Assembly: GCA_023515795.1 (NCBI GenBank)
Contig: JALGPX010000095.1
Coordinates: forward strand, 1 to 42,875
Reading direction: 5' to 3'
DNA length: 42,875 nucleotides
Source of the DNA: Amoeboaphelidium occidentale
Taxonomy: Eukaryota
How positions within the stretch are numbered: the stretch's first letter is position 1; each line of letters opens with the position of its first letter. Below are positions 23,235-34,633 of the stretch, in pieces. The position numbers and the translations under genes were made by a program. The notes below the pieces were generated by a model. The model was not told where the DNA came from and made no database searches. It saw nothing but the letters and a program-made list of their open reading frames with translations.

Positions 23235-25448
23235 ATGGAAGAGTTCAAGGTCATAGATAGAGATAGCCCTTTGAACCGTTTCATCAAGCAGACACGACCT
23301 GGTTCAGAGAGCATAGACAACAGAGGTGTAACCGTAACGAACGTTCGAACAGACAAACCGATAGCCCAGAAAGCAGAAAATAGGCAATCTATGCATGGCA
23401 AAGTGGAACAAATTGATATCTTGAGCAACCAGCCAAGAAGCGTCCAAGATTCTACATCGTCGTTTAATCAGAATGGTTACACTCCGTCTATAAGCACGCA
23501 GAAGTTCGAGTCAGGTGAAGATTCCGATCCACTTGAGCAAAGAGCAACAGTTAATGAAGCGCAGTTGAATTTCAATCTTGCAGAAAGAGAAAAGAAGATT
23601 AAAATGTTATTGCAAGCTAACAGGGATCTGATCACGAAATGGCACGCATTGTCTGAGGAAGAAAATGCGTTGAAACAGGCATTGGTTAGCAAAAGGTTTA
23701 TGATAAACATTTGGGATCTCATAAAAAAGGAATCAAATGGAACTTTGAAAGCATCAGGCGGCTCGCAAAAAGTTGAAAAGTCTGATATGGACAACGTCGT
23801 TGAAAAGCGAAAACCTAAGATTTTGACAAGTTTGGTCAGGTCTAATTCCTCCAGGACAAGTGTTAAGTCAGATGTTGGTCTTTCAAGAGAAACACAACTT
23901 AAGGATATAACGCTAAAGATCGCTGCATCAATCGAATCCTTAAGCGCGATATCGCCTTTGGATTCAACGCCAGGCTCTCCTGTGGAAGACGAGTCTTCGT
24001 TGAGCCGTGGTTTATATTCACAGAACCAAACGAAAGAAGAGCCAAAGCAGAATAATGATGCTATTGTGGTGGCGCCGAAACCTGTTTCGGCTTATCAAAA
24101 CCAGAAAGTGCGTGGCGCTTCACCAAGAGGTTCAGACAGAGGTCTGATAACCGAAGTCATAACAGAAGATAACGAAAGCCCTGAAAACAGCTTCAAAGCA
24201 ATACCATCACCTCTTGTCTCTGCATATAATGTCAACTCTACGAGGCGCACTTTTGATTTCTCCAGGTTTGCAGATAATGCCAGTGAGTCCTCAACTAGAA
24301 AAAGCTGGAACTCTGGCGCTGAAAAATCTCGCTCAAGTGCACAGGTACTATCGCATAAAGATTTACAAAGAGCCAGTACTGCCGAATCTTTCACGGTGTC
24401 ATTGATCGAAAAGTATGCCGATGAAGCAAGAACGCCCTCTGAAGCTAGTGATTCTTACATTCTAACAAAGGAAACAACGGGCTTAACCCAAGAATCATCT
24501 GTTGCAGTATCACGTGATGCGCGGAATGAAAAGAGAGATGAGCCATCGAACATAAAGGAAATAATCATTGACAACATAGACGGGGAACATATCAAATCTC
24601 GAATGTCCGCCTATGTAAAGCATGAAAGACAGGAAAGTGAAACTAGACCTGTTCAAAGATCCAATAGTGCGCGAGCAGCTTCTGGTCCGGTCCTAAAGGT
24701 TGAAATAGCCCCGAAACCAACTTTGGTGCGCAACAGTACAGTATCTTCAACAGGGCTCAAATCCAACGCTGCTGTATCTCCGAACAAGAGTTCTTCTCAG
24801 AATCTGCAGCATCATACTTCTGATAGACAGTCACATGTCTTGAATTCTGAAAGGTCTACGCGGACATATTCGGCCTCTTTTGCTTCTTACAGCGTGGTTT
24901 CTAAACCGCAGCTAGGCGGAGGAGACTCAACAAATAGTTTGACTCATGTTAACACAAGTAATCCAAAATTATCACGAGCTTTGCAAGATTTAGAAAGCCA
25001 AAAGATCGTTTCGAGGCTGGCTGCAAGATTTGAATCAGTCACAGAGAAACCTAAGAAGACAGCTATTAGTGACCGAGGATCTATGGCTAGTATCCATACA
25101 CAAGTTTCAAATTCATCATCTATTCAAGTTACTGGAGGAAATCCGGATCCAAACGGGTCATCAGAAGCATTGAATGGTTCCTCTTTTTATAACTATGTCA
25201 CAAATAACGATCGATTTCGGACCAGCGTCGCCAGCAAAGATTCTTCAAGCAGCAGTCAAACTAGAGAAATATTCTCAAGTGGTGCTTCAGTGCCAAGGCC
25301 TACAAGCAGCAGCCAGGGCCCAAACACTTCCAAGCCAAGATCATCTACTGTATCTATGCCGAAGCCTGTTATTTTGTCTCATAACTCATCCTATGCTGTT
25401 CCAGTGTCTAAGAACCGGAAAGGGTCAGCAGAACGGCAAACTCAATAG
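23235..25448 (+). CDS. hypothetical Ser-rich, largely disordered protein with short coiled coil
   Basis: 737-aa ORF with low-complexity composition and no recognised domain. Confidence 0.7.
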   Translation: MEEFKVIDRDSPLNRFIKQTRPGSESIDNRGVTVTNVRTDKPIAQKAENRQSMHGKVEQIDILSNQPRSVQDSTSSFNQNGYTPSISTQKFESGEDSDPLEQRATVNEAQLNFNLAEREKKIKMLLQANRDLITKWHALSEEENALKQALVSKRFMINIWDLIKKESNGTLKASGGSQKVEKSDMDNVVEKRKPKILTSLVRSNSSRTSVKSDVGLSRETQLKDITLKIAASIESLSAISPLDSTPGSPVEDESSLSRGLYSQNQTKEEPKQNNDAIVVAPKPVSAYQNQKVRGASPRGSDRGLITEVITEDNESPENSFKAIPSPLVSAYNVNSTRRTFDFSRFADNASESSTRKSWNSGAEKSRSSAQVLSHKDLQRASTAESFTVSLIEKYADEARTPSEASDSYILTKETTGLTQESSVAVSRDARNEKRDEPSNIKEIIIDNIDGEHIKSRMSAYVKHERQESETRPVQRSNSARAASGPVLKVEIAPKPTLVRNSTVSSTGLKSNAAVSPNKSSSQNLQHHTSDRQSHVLNSERSTRTYSASFASYSVVSKPQLGGGDSTNSLTHVNTSNPKLSRALQDLESQKIVSRLAARFESVTEKPKKTAISDRGSMASIHTQVSNSSSIQVTGGNPDPNGSSEALNGSSFYNYVTNNDRFRTSVASKDSSSSSQTREIFSSGASVPRPTSSSQGPNTSKPRSSTVSMPKPVILSHNSSYAVPVSKNRKGSAERQTQ

Positions 25449-25476
25449 AAATGCTTTCAATTATCTATTCAATCAT

Positions 25477-28445
25477 TTAGCTTTCACACAACTCTTTGTG
25501 AAATTTGATGTAATCCGCAGAAAAACACTTGTTGCATCTCTCACAGTGACTAAACTCACTCTGATGGTGCCAAAGCTTGCAAGCAAAACAAAAGTAGGCC
25601 GCTAAATCCCTGCAGCACCTTACGCATTTCTTTCCATTTTCTTTCGTGGGCTTAAACTCCTTGTAACAATAAAGACACTTACAGCTTGCAATCTCCGATG
25701 CCACATGGCCTGCTTTTTCTTGATGGCATTGAAGGCATGAGTAATAATCATCGCAGCAATCAAATTTTAAGTCCACATGATTTCGAAAATGTCTACATCC
25801 GATTCTGTTTGGATAATATTCTCCATCTAAAGACCAGCAAAGTTTCTTTGTGATGACTTCTTCGTAGCAATTTTGCTTCTTGTAAAAGATAACAACGATG
25901 TTAGAAATTGGATTAATATCTCTCACACTAGCGCTAGCAATTTGCTTCAAACCCATTACAAGTTTAGAGCAAGACTCCGGATGACGGATAATGTAAGACA
26001 TTCTAGCTTGATCTCCAGAAATGTTTAAATCAATGTATGCCTGATCTTTAGACTGAGAATATGATTGACCAGCAAACACACCATAGCTTAACCCTGCATT
26101 CGTGCCATATCCTCTGCCTGTTGATTTACTATTCACCAACTGGTAAGCCTTTGCTATTTCTGCGTTCCACGAGTTTCCAAAACTAGCTCCACCTCCAAAT
26201 GTCGTTCCAATATTAACGTCAACACCAGAAACATTGTTTAAACCAAACATGATATTATCCATATTTACATTGCCTTGTGTTGTTCCAGTGCTAAATGGAA
26301 AATCATGGCCTGATGATAGCCCAATGCTTTGACCACGACTAGAACCTTGCCCAACATTTGAAGATTGTCCAACATGATAACCTTGGGCTATAACGCTGGC
26401 TTTAGAGAACTCTTCTTGGAATCCGACAAGAGTATCCAAATCATTAACAACGATAACAGATTTTTTGTGACTCCAGTAGAATTCATTGAACGGGTTGATA
26501 GATGAGTATGGAATGACTGCACTATGGAACGATGCATGTGGCAGCAATTGATTAGGTCCCGATAGCTGAAACGAGGACCTAAACTTCAGCCTGTTGTGTA
26601 AATGATGAAGGAGAGAGTAGACTGAATTCTGAGGAATGCTCAACTTTCCATAGCCTTTGATTTGCCTGCGAATTAAATTCCTTTCAAAATTGGCGTTCAG
26701 TAAAGCCTGATCACTTTCAAGTCGAACAAAATGGATCACCTTGTTGTGCTTCTTGAAAGAGTGAACTATACTATCAACTACGCTCTCAATAGCGGGGCTA
26801 TAGACCAAGTCATCAAATACCCATTCAATGGATCCAGTGACAGCAGGGGCAAGTCCTTCGTATATAATCCTGGAACTTAAAACACGGCGAAGTCCCTCAG
26901 AAAAAGTAATTTTCGCAGCAGAATGTGGATTGGTATTAATTACCTCTTGGGCCATTGTGATCGCAACACTGAACGCAACTCTTCGTAAATCTGAAATAGA
27001 CATGTTGTGAAGCCGGTTGTATAACGCAGTCCTTTCTTCATCAGATAAGTATTCTGGCTGAGAAGCCAAAGATCTAACTTTCTCCACTACGTGAGGCTGA
27101 AATGCCAAACCTTTCATCTCGCTTACGGTCTTTTTGATAAAGTCACATCTTCGTGGTAACGACAAATCATAGACTTTTATAATTGGGAACTGCATTAATA
27201 TTGAAGGATAAGGAGCCATAATCATCGTGTCCTTGACCATTCCAGTGGCTGCGGATGTACANNNNNNNGTAACGACAAATCATAGACTTTGATAATTGGG
27301 AACTGCATTAATATTGAAGGATAAGGAGCCATAATCATCGTGTCCTTGACCATTCCAGTGGCTGCGGATGTACAGAATATAAAATATTCAAAATCAATTC
27401 GGCCTAAATGAAAATAAATCTGTCTCAAGTACTGGTCAGAGTCTTTTCCGCTGAGAATCAAGTCAAAGTTATCCAGAAGTGTGACAGATATTTTCCCCAA
27501 CTTCGCTCCTTGTCTCAATGAAGCAAAGAACTTTGGGACAGTCATGGAGTAATCATTTCCTTTTGCATTAACGACAAACTTTCCTCCATCGAAATACTTG
27601 GACGGAAATTCCAGGGGCTCAGAATCAATATTTCCACTTTCAGCCGGCTCAAAAGACTCTCTAGAGTTCTTTCTCGCAGCTTCTTCCTTTACAGGCATTT
27701 CTTCAGACTCTGGATACTGCACTACATTTACCAACCATGGGGCAACCGTCATTAGCGTATGAATAAACACGCGACAGAAAGCAGTCTTTCCGACTCCTCT
27801 TGGCCCTGTTGCAATGAAACCTGATGATCTACCCCAAGGCAATTTAACTTTTGTAAATGCATAATCATCGCGTCTGTTCAAATCTTGATTCTCCTTCAGC
27901 TCGACAACTAGCCACTCTTCCAATATTCTTTGTAATTCAACTTTGTCAACAGTTACCCATGAACTCTTGAGCGCTTCATCGAGAATTTCGTAAATAATGC
28001 AACGCCTCAATGCAAAGAGATGCTCTGGAACACCATCAATTACTCCCTCACTCTGAAGCAACCAAGCCAAAGCAAGGCATGAGTGTGAAATGGTAACATC
28101 ATCAACAAATTCAACATGAAATTCCGATATTTCTATGGCACTATCAGCATCCAAAGTGATCTCAGTTCCTTGCTCAATGATCCCGCCATTATCAGCAACG
28201 ATATGCAACAAATGGTTGAAGCATTGTCTGTGCCAAGTAAACTTGTCTATACCCGACAAATTGAAATCGCCTCCTTCAACAAAATGGTTCGCTACTGACC
28301 ATTCACGAATCTTGTTCTCAAGAAAGCCAACAATCAAGCGTTCCCACTTAGACGCATAGTCCTGCCAGACGAGACGGAGATCTTTCATATTATTGAGACG
28401 CACTATCACGCGAAACCGGCACTTCTTCAGAGATGGTTCGGTCAT
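25477..28445 (-). CDS. ~951-aa degenerate NSF/Cdc48-like AAA protein with Gly/Ser/Asn-rich insert and C-terminal CHY zinc finger (split only by a gap artefact)
   Basis: Removing the 113-nt gap duplication gives one 2856-nt ORF. It has Walker A GPRGVGKT (27783-27806), Walker B-like VTLLDNFD, a second VIVVNDLDTL and the CHY pattern GCRHF...CCDDYYSCLQCH...H...CLYC...CVRC...YFCFAC. Confidence 0.75.
27156..27374. repeat. 106-bp duplication flanking N-gap (27156-27261 vs 27269-27374), probable assembly artefact
   Basis: Copies differ by one substitution. Confidence 0.85.
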
Positions 28446-28519
28446 ATTCAATAAACAGAAATTTGATATCAGATTCAGGGGTAATCTTGTTCCAGAATCA
28501 CGTGTTAGTAAAACGGAAT

Positions 28520-29243
28520 CTATTCGATTTGAAACACTTCTTGCGGTACAACAGAAGTAGAAGATGTTGCCTGCGAAGATGCCGTCGTACCCGACTCCAC
28601 ATTAAAACTGCCCGTATCTTCAGCTGGCACGTACTCAATCTCAATCGACTAGAAAGATAAGTCACAATATTCAACACTTTAACTTACATAATCTACAACT
28701 GTGAAGAACGGAATTTCAAACCAAAAAACATCTGTAAAATTGCTCTTCCATTCGCGCAGATGCCAAACCATTTTGCCTTGATCGAAATTGTTGTAGTAAT
28801 CCAAGTTTGCTCGAACTTTCGACATGACCTACTCAAATTAGTCATCGCCTCGTTGCTTCTCTCGATCTTACTTCATTGCGGAATCTCTTGTGAGTGAAAT
28901 GGTAGACAGCTACGCCAGATATCAACGAGAACAGCGCCAATATAGTAAATAGAACAGTTGGCTTGGAATAATCAGCCGTAGAATCTGTGAACGGAAACAC
29001 AGACAGCATAATAATGACTGAGATTGCTAATGAAGCGAAACCGTAGAAGGCGCTAAATCTGTCTGGGTTGAACGTTGGCATGAGATCATTAATCGCGCCA
29101 ATTCTGCTCATAAACTGATCTTGGCTTATTAAGTGTTCCATTCTGCTGGTGTAAACACTTTCCGCTTGATATCGTCCAGTGATATTGGCCCGTTTTGGTC
29201 TTATTCGAACCGTGTGAATGCGCTTACGTTTTTGTGTCTGCAT
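28520..29243 (-). CDS. two-TM membrane protein, weakly ERF4/golgin-A7-like; introns 28829-28871, 28649-28687
   Basis: MEHLISQDQFMSRIGAIND motif and two TM helices; spliced continuation VMSKVRANLDYYN...|SIEIEY...FQIE*. Confidence 0.6.
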
Positions 29244-29281
29244 CAGGTTTGGAACAAAGAAGGCACCAATCGCAGTTCTAT

Positions 29282-30820
29282 TCACAATTTTGCATTCTTT
29301 GGGAAGTATCGCATAGCAAACTTAACGCCCAAATCAGCCATAACATCTTCAGCACCGCCAAGAATAGAAGCAAACTTGGAACCAGACATATATCTTTCGA
29401 TTACACCGCCCATTCCAGTCAAAGTCAAGCTTCTACCACCAAATATTTGAACAGCATTGTCACTGACATAAGATCCAACCTTAGTAGAAAGTAGTTTTAA
29501 AAGTGCAATTGGTCCAGCTAGAAGAGCACTTTGTTCTTGATACGTCATATTACACATTTGATATGTAATGTTTTCTAACCAAGCTTCGACAGCTTCAACT
29601 TGTGAAATCATCATGGCCAACTTGCTTCTGATAACAGGCTGGGCAATCAAAGGCTTATTAAACACTTTTCTCTGCATTGCCCACTTGAAACATTCTTCAA
29701 CAACAAGTCTTGAAGAGCGAACACTCTGTTGAACAATCAATAGTCTCTCATGATTAAAATTCTGCATGATGACTTTAAAGCCTTCATTCTCCTTACCCAA
29801 CAAATTCTCTACTGGAACTTTGACATTTTCCATAATAACATACGCGGTTCCAGCAGATCCTCCATAACTAACTTTAATTGGTTTAGTTCTCATACCTTCA
29901 GATCGTTCAATCAGCAAGACAGAAATTCCACCCATACCAGGACCACCAGTTCTAACAGCAGTTGTAAAATAATCTGAAAACATTCCATTGGTGATCCACT
30001 TCTTTACACCATTGACAATGTAATGCTTACCATCAGGGGTCTTGGTAGCAGTGCACTGAATTGAAGCAACATCAGATCCAGCAAATGGTTCCGTTATGCT
30101 CAGACAAATCTTTTTGTTACCACTCAAGACTTCATCAGCGATTCTTGTCGATAATTCTTTTGAACCAAAGTGCAAAACCGGTGGAAGTCCAATAACCATG
30201 CCGCAAGCCAAACCATCTTGATAACCAAAGAAACCCATTGAGGCCAATTCCTGATGAGCTATCAACTCATGAAAATAGTCAAATTCTTCAGGTTTAACAC
30301 CACCAGGTAATTTGCGACCCTGCAACCAAGGGCCAGGCCCAATTCTTGAAGCCCAATATCCAAACTCGCCACACTTCAAGAATATCTCCTTTGAAGGATA
30401 CTTGCCCATGATATCAAACTCTTTAGCCTCAGGTAGGACGACTTCATCAAAGAACTTTCGGATAGCCTTCTTGAAACGCAAGTGGGATTCCTTAAAATAA
30501 GGCGACTTGTATTTTTGCCAAGCTGAAGCTTCTGCGTACGGAACTCTTGAAAGATCCCCTGGCTTTGACGAAACAACAGATTTCTGTCCTTCAACGGTTC
30601 CGATAATATACTTTGGACCATACTTGTCTAGAACATCTGCCTTGTGCAGAGCGTAAAAGTCTTTTGTTGCATCCTTCCCTGCAAACGGAAACAGTATCGA
30701 TTCACCGCCCGGATGCATTGCAGCAAAGTTGGTCAAATCGTAAACCTTTCCATCGATTATCAGCCAAAGATCGTCTTCCTTGTTGTGCTTCGAAACTTCT
30801 TCAGCGCTGAATGTCTTCAT
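29282..30820 (-). CDS. cytochrome b5-fused acyl-CoA dehydrogenase
   Basis: N-terminal b5 domain (KVYDLT...HPGG...FYALH) plus ACAD motifs (CLSITEPFAGSDVA, VNGVKKWITNG, NFNHER, VQIFGG). Confidence 0.95.
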   Translation of the reverse strand: MKTFSAEEVSKHNKEDDLWLIIDGKVYDLTNFAAMHPGGESILFPFAGKDATKDFYALHKADVLDKYGPKYIIGTVEGQKSVVSSKPGDLSRVPYAEASAWQKYKSPYFKESHLRFKKAIRKFFDEVVLPEAKEFDIMGKYPSKEIFLKCGEFGYWASRIGPGPWLQGRKLPGGVKPEEFDYFHELIAHQELASMGFFGYQDGLACGMVIGLPPVLHFGSKELSTRIADEVLSGNKKICLSITEPFAGSDVASIQCTATKTPDGKHYIVNGVKKWITNGMFSDYFTTAVRTGGPGMGGISVLLIERSEGMRTKPIKVSYGGSAGTAYVIMENVKVPVENLLGKENEGFKVIMQNFNHERLLIVQQSVRSSRLVVEECFKWAMQRKVFNKPLIAQPVIRSKLAMMISQVEAVEAWLENITYQMCNMTYQEQSALLAGPIALLKLLSTKVGSYVSDNAVQIFGGRSLTLTGMGGVIERYMSGSKFASILGGAEDVMADLGVKFAMRYFPKNAKL

Positions 30821-30913
30821 TTGTCAACAACAAGGAAGATTCGGCCAAAGTTTGCTTGTTTCACACGCTTACAAATTCAATTGTGTAATTTTATTTTTCA
30901 TGTTCCCAAGTGC

Positions 30914-32455
30914 TCAAGAGAACAGCCTCTTCTCGTATGAATGCAGGCCATGAACACCACCCTCTAATTGAGCACTAGGAGAACGCTTTTCAAATCTGAC
31001 TAAGCCATCCGTCACTGCATTCTGTAACTCTGTAACAGATTTAACACCAATATCCTGTAAACCATGCTGTACACCTGCTTGCAAATAAGGCACAAACCTT
31101 TTGATACTTCCACGGTCTTCTACGCTACCTGTAACACCTTGAGCTACTTTAACTCGATCGCTCTCTGAAAAGTATCTTTTACCAGCAGCATCGCCCTTCT
31201 GCATGGCATCAATAGATCCCATGCCTCTGTACTTTTTCAAGCGTTTTCCATCCAAGTAAAAATATTCACCAGGAGATTCTGTAGTTCCAGCCAACAATGA
31301 TCCCATCATTACAGCAGACGCACCAAGAGCAAGCGCTTTAATAATATGCCCTACATTAGCAATACCGCCGTCAGCAATTACAGGGACACCGCGTTGTCTT
31401 GCATATTGAGCAACTTTCCAAACTGCAGTTCCTTGAGGTCTACCACAAGCCATCACTTCTTGTGTTATGCAAATAGACCCTGAGCCCATACCCACACGAA
31501 GTCCATCTACACCAGCTTCGATTAAACTCTTGGCTTGTTCTCTAGTAACAACATTTCCACCAATAACATCAACCTGTGGGAAAGTCTGTTTTATCCATTT
31601 AACCATATCAATTTGCCAAATAGAGTTGCCTTGGCTGCTATCAATAACGACCAAGTCCAAACCTGCCTTTACCAATGCTTCTAGTCTTTCGCGGTCATCC
31701 TGTCTCGTGCCAATAGCTGCACCAACTAATAGTTGCTTTGTGTTGGCTGTTTTGCTAGCCAACGGAAAGTCACGGTTCTTGAGTAAATCAGAACGTGAGG
31801 TCAATGCCACTAACTCAAACTTCTTGTTTACTATGGGCAATTTACCCTTCTTGCATTCCTTCAATTTCCTATTTGCTTCTTCCAATGTGATTCCTTCCAA
31901 ACCAACAACCAACTTATCAGCCGGAGTCATAATTTCTACCAAAGGCTTCTGTAATGATGCAGAGTCCTGTAAAAAGTCAACGTCGCGAGAAGTAACAATG
32001 CCCAGCAACTTAGAACCAAGCTTGCCGTTTTCCGTAATAGGAACACCACAAAAGCCAAAAGTTTTCTTTATGTTCAACACATCAGCGACGGTGCTTTGAG
32101 GCCCTAAAACCAAAGGGTCGGTAATGAAGCCATTCTCGTAAATTTTAACTTTGCGAACCATTGCAACTTGCTCTTCGATTGTGCAATTATAATGGATTAT
32201 ACCACAACCACCCAACAGCGCCATATTGATCGCCATATCAGCTTCCGTTACGGTATCCATAGGAGACGATAAGAAGGGTAGCTTAAGCGAGATACGCTTC
32301 GTTACTTTGCATTCCAATGATACAGTCTTCGCGTCAAAGTCAATGTAGCCAGGCAATATCAAGAAATCGTTGTATGTCAGGCCGCCATGGATTTTGCCAT
32401 CGAAAAGTTCCTGTCCGGTAAGTCCGTCTCTGTCTGTCATGTCAGCAGTTGTCAT
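30914..32455 (-). CDS. IMPDH: inosine-5'-monophosphate dehydrogenase
   Basis: Motifs [21 protein letters not shown], a CBS pair, [13 protein letters not shown] (catalytic Cys) and YRGMGS. Confidence 0.98.
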   Translation of the reverse strand: MTTADMTDRDGLTGQELFDGKIHGGLTYNDFLILPGYIDFDAKTVSLECKVTKRISLKLPFLSSPMDTVTEADMAINMALLGGCGIIHYNCTIEEQVAMVRKVKIYENGFITDPLVLGPQSTVADVLNIKKTFGFCGVPITENGKLGSKLLGIVTSRDVDFLQDSASLQKPLVEIMTPADKLVVGLEGITLEEANRKLKECKKGKLPIVNKKFELVALTSRSDLLKNRDFPLASKTANTKQLLVGAAIGTRQDDRERLEALVKAGLDLVVIDSSQGNSIWQIDMVKWIKQTFPQVDVIGGNVVTREQAKSLIEAGVDGLRVGMGSGSICITQEVMACGRPQGTAVWKVAQYARQRGVPVIADGGIANVGHIIKALALGASAVMMGSLLAGTTESPGEYFYLDGKRLKKYRGMGSIDAMQKGDAAGKRYFSESDRVKVAQGVTGSVEDRGSIKRFVPYLQAGVQHGLQDIGVKSVTELQNAVTDGLVRFEKRSPSAQLEGGVHGLHSYEKRLFS

Positions 32456-32612
32456 TGCGCTCAAGTTTGATCACTTTGCAAATCAAAAGTTGCTAAGCTC
32501 CGCAAGATTATGAGTAGCAGTTAGACGATGTTATCTTTTGATACTCGGAAAAATGATGCTGTGGCTTCTTTGAATTGAGCGCAATGAAACGTTATCCGTT
32601 ATTGTTTACTAA

Positions 32613-34592
32613 ATGATCGCATTCAGATCGTTGCTTCAGCTACGGAATAATGTCCGGCGAATTCCTCCTTTGAAGCTGACAATGGTGAATGCTTTTAAAG
32701 TTCAAATGAATGCACGGCATGTGATATTTCGGAGTTTTACTATTACGACGAAGAAGGCGCACTTGATACCGCAAAGCTTGCGACTTGGCACGATATTGCG
32801 ACAGATGAGCACCGCTAGCAACAGTAGCCCACAGCCTGATAAAGGAAAAATATCTGCGTACTTACGGAAACTCTTTGTGGGGCATCGACGGTGGACTTTT
32901 GATGATTTCCTGGCCCTGTTTTCATGGATTTTTGTTGGTAATACGCTCTTCATTCTGCTACGGACTACAGCGTTCGTTTCTGTTATTTTGGCTGTGGCAA
33001 GCCTGCTTCCATTTGAAAAGAATATTTCTGCATTGTTGAGTGAGTATGTTACGATGGCTACGGGGCTTAAAACGACGGTTGGTAGCGTTTCTTCTAATGG
33101 ACAAGATGGACGGATTCGTTTGAACGATGTTACGATAGAATACAGGACTGTTCCACTAACGAATTATTCTCACTTCAAGATCGAAGTAAAAACAGTTGAT
33201 ATTACGATCGATCTGCTTCGTTGGTTTAAAGGCTACGGGATCGTTAAAGAGTGTAAAATGCAAGGCGTGCGAGGAGTCTTGGATCGAAGGCATTTAGATT
33301 TCACAGGCGTAGACCCAGAAACTTGGTTAATTAAAAGGCAGCCTTTACGTGGGGATTTGCATTTAACAAATTTTGAGATTGAAGATTGTTTCATCAATGT
33401 TCTTGATATGAACGACTATAGACCATACACAATTCTGATACATCAAGCAAAAATGAAAAGGTTCCGCATCCAATGGTTACTATACGATCTTCTTGACGCT
33501 GAGAATATTACCGGAGAGTATGATGGTTCTTTGTTTAGTTTGACAAAGCCAAAGTTTATTTCTGGCGACTACAGTATGATGCCACAATACAAAAAACTTC
33601 CCTGGTCCCAGAAGAGTTTACGAGATAAACAGATCTCACTTATTAGGGTTTCTGGTATGAATATAGATTTGTTGAACAGAGGAGATTCTGGTCCTTTCGG
33701 TTGGATTACGCAAGGCTTGGCTGATTTAGACATTGTTTACATGCTCCCGTCCCTAGAACCTGAAAATGGCGATAATCATCTTATTGAAATGGATGATCCT
33801 ATAGACACGAAGGAGCCTTCTATAAAAAGAGTGTTTGAAGAAATGGAGGAAGTTAAAAAAGAGAACAATGAAGGGTCGGATGGTAGCGGCGAAACAACGG
33901 AGGTTTCAGATATTAGCGGTCAAGATCAAGAATCAAGTACAAATCAACAACGGGGGAATGAAGTAGTGGAACCAATCTCGCCTGCAGACGACAAAGATTT
34001 GAGGATTCCGTTCTTTGCAGATTTACGACTACATCATATCCGAGCAGCCTTGCCTCCTACACTACCATCAAACACTACAGTTCCTTCATTTCTTGTGAGG
34101 CCCATTGTTGCATATTTCAATGCACAACCAACGTCTCCAAGAAACAGAAAATCAAGTACTCCACCTCTTACTTGCTTGTTCACTTTGAATTTGACTGACT
34201 TTAATGGCGCATGGACTGTGTATCAAGCTCGCTTAATTGATGAATTCTCTAACGCTCTTGGCCAAGCTCTTATTGATAGTGTACTGAGCGAGTACCAAAA
34301 TTTTATCGATAAAGGAAAGAAAGGAAAATCCAATATCTCAACAAGAAGTATCGAGAAGGAAGCGGATTCAAATGAAAAGATTGTACAGGAGTTTGAGAAT
34401 TATTACAGAGAGAAGGGCATGAACGGTGAAGCGAAAAGTAGTGACCTCATCGCTAAAGTCGGATGGTTCAGTCTGCAACAGCTGAGTAAACAAGTGCTTG
34501 CTTACTATGGTGGCCAGTTTGGAGTTCCAAGAGATCCAGAAGACGAACAGTTTCTCAGCGTGTTTGAAGAAATCGTGCGTAGGACAGAATGA
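32613..34592 (+). CDS. MDM31: mitochondrial distribution and morphology protein Mdm31/Mdm32 family
   Basis: Basic presequence; RRWTFDDFLALFSWIFVGN, GVRGVLDRRH, RFRIQWLLYDLL, GPFGWITQG and DFNGAWTVY. Confidence 0.9.
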   Translation: MIAFRSLLQLRNNVRRIPPLKLTMVNAFKVQMNARHVIFRSFTITTKKAHLIPQSLRLGTILRQMSTASNSSPQPDKGKISAYLRKLFVGHRRWTFDDFLALFSWIFVGNTLFILLRTTAFVSVILAVASLLPFEKNISALLSEYVTMATGLKTTVGSVSSNGQDGRIRLNDVTIEYRTVPLTNYSHFKIEVKTVDITIDLLRWFKGYGIVKECKMQGVRGVLDRRHLDFTGVDPETWLIKRQPLRGDLHLTNFEIEDCFINVLDMNDYRPYTILIHQAKMKRFRIQWLLYDLLDAENITGEYDGSLFSLTKPKFISGDYSMMPQYKKLPWSQKSLRDKQISLIRVSGMNIDLLNRGDSGPFGWITQGLADLDIVYMLPSLEPENGDNHLIEMDDPIDTKEPSIKRVFEEMEEVKKENNEGSDGSGETTEVSDISGQDQESSTNQQRGNEVVEPISPADDKDLRIPFFADLRLHHIRAALPPTLPSNTTVPSFLVRPIVAYFNAQPTSPRNRKSSTPPLTCLFTLNLTDFNGAWTVYQARLIDEFSNALGQALIDSVLSEYQNFIDKGKKGKSNISTRSIEKEADSNEKIVQEFENYYREKGMNGEAKSSDLIAKVGWFSLQQLSKQVLAYYGGQFGVPRDPEDEQFLSVFEEIVRRTE

Positions 34593-34633
34593 CAATCAAC
34601 CCTCAATTTTATTTCATCATAAATTTTTTATAA

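Noticed and set aside
27222..27374. Frameshifted pseudogene or two separate genes
   Set aside because: Removing the 113-nt gap duplication restores a single open frame.
31467..32099. 210-aa plus-strand ORF and other antisense/alternate-frame ORFs (e.g. 37254-37778, 5785-6240, 25174-25605)
   Set aside because: They are shadows of well-supported genes and show no independent motifs.
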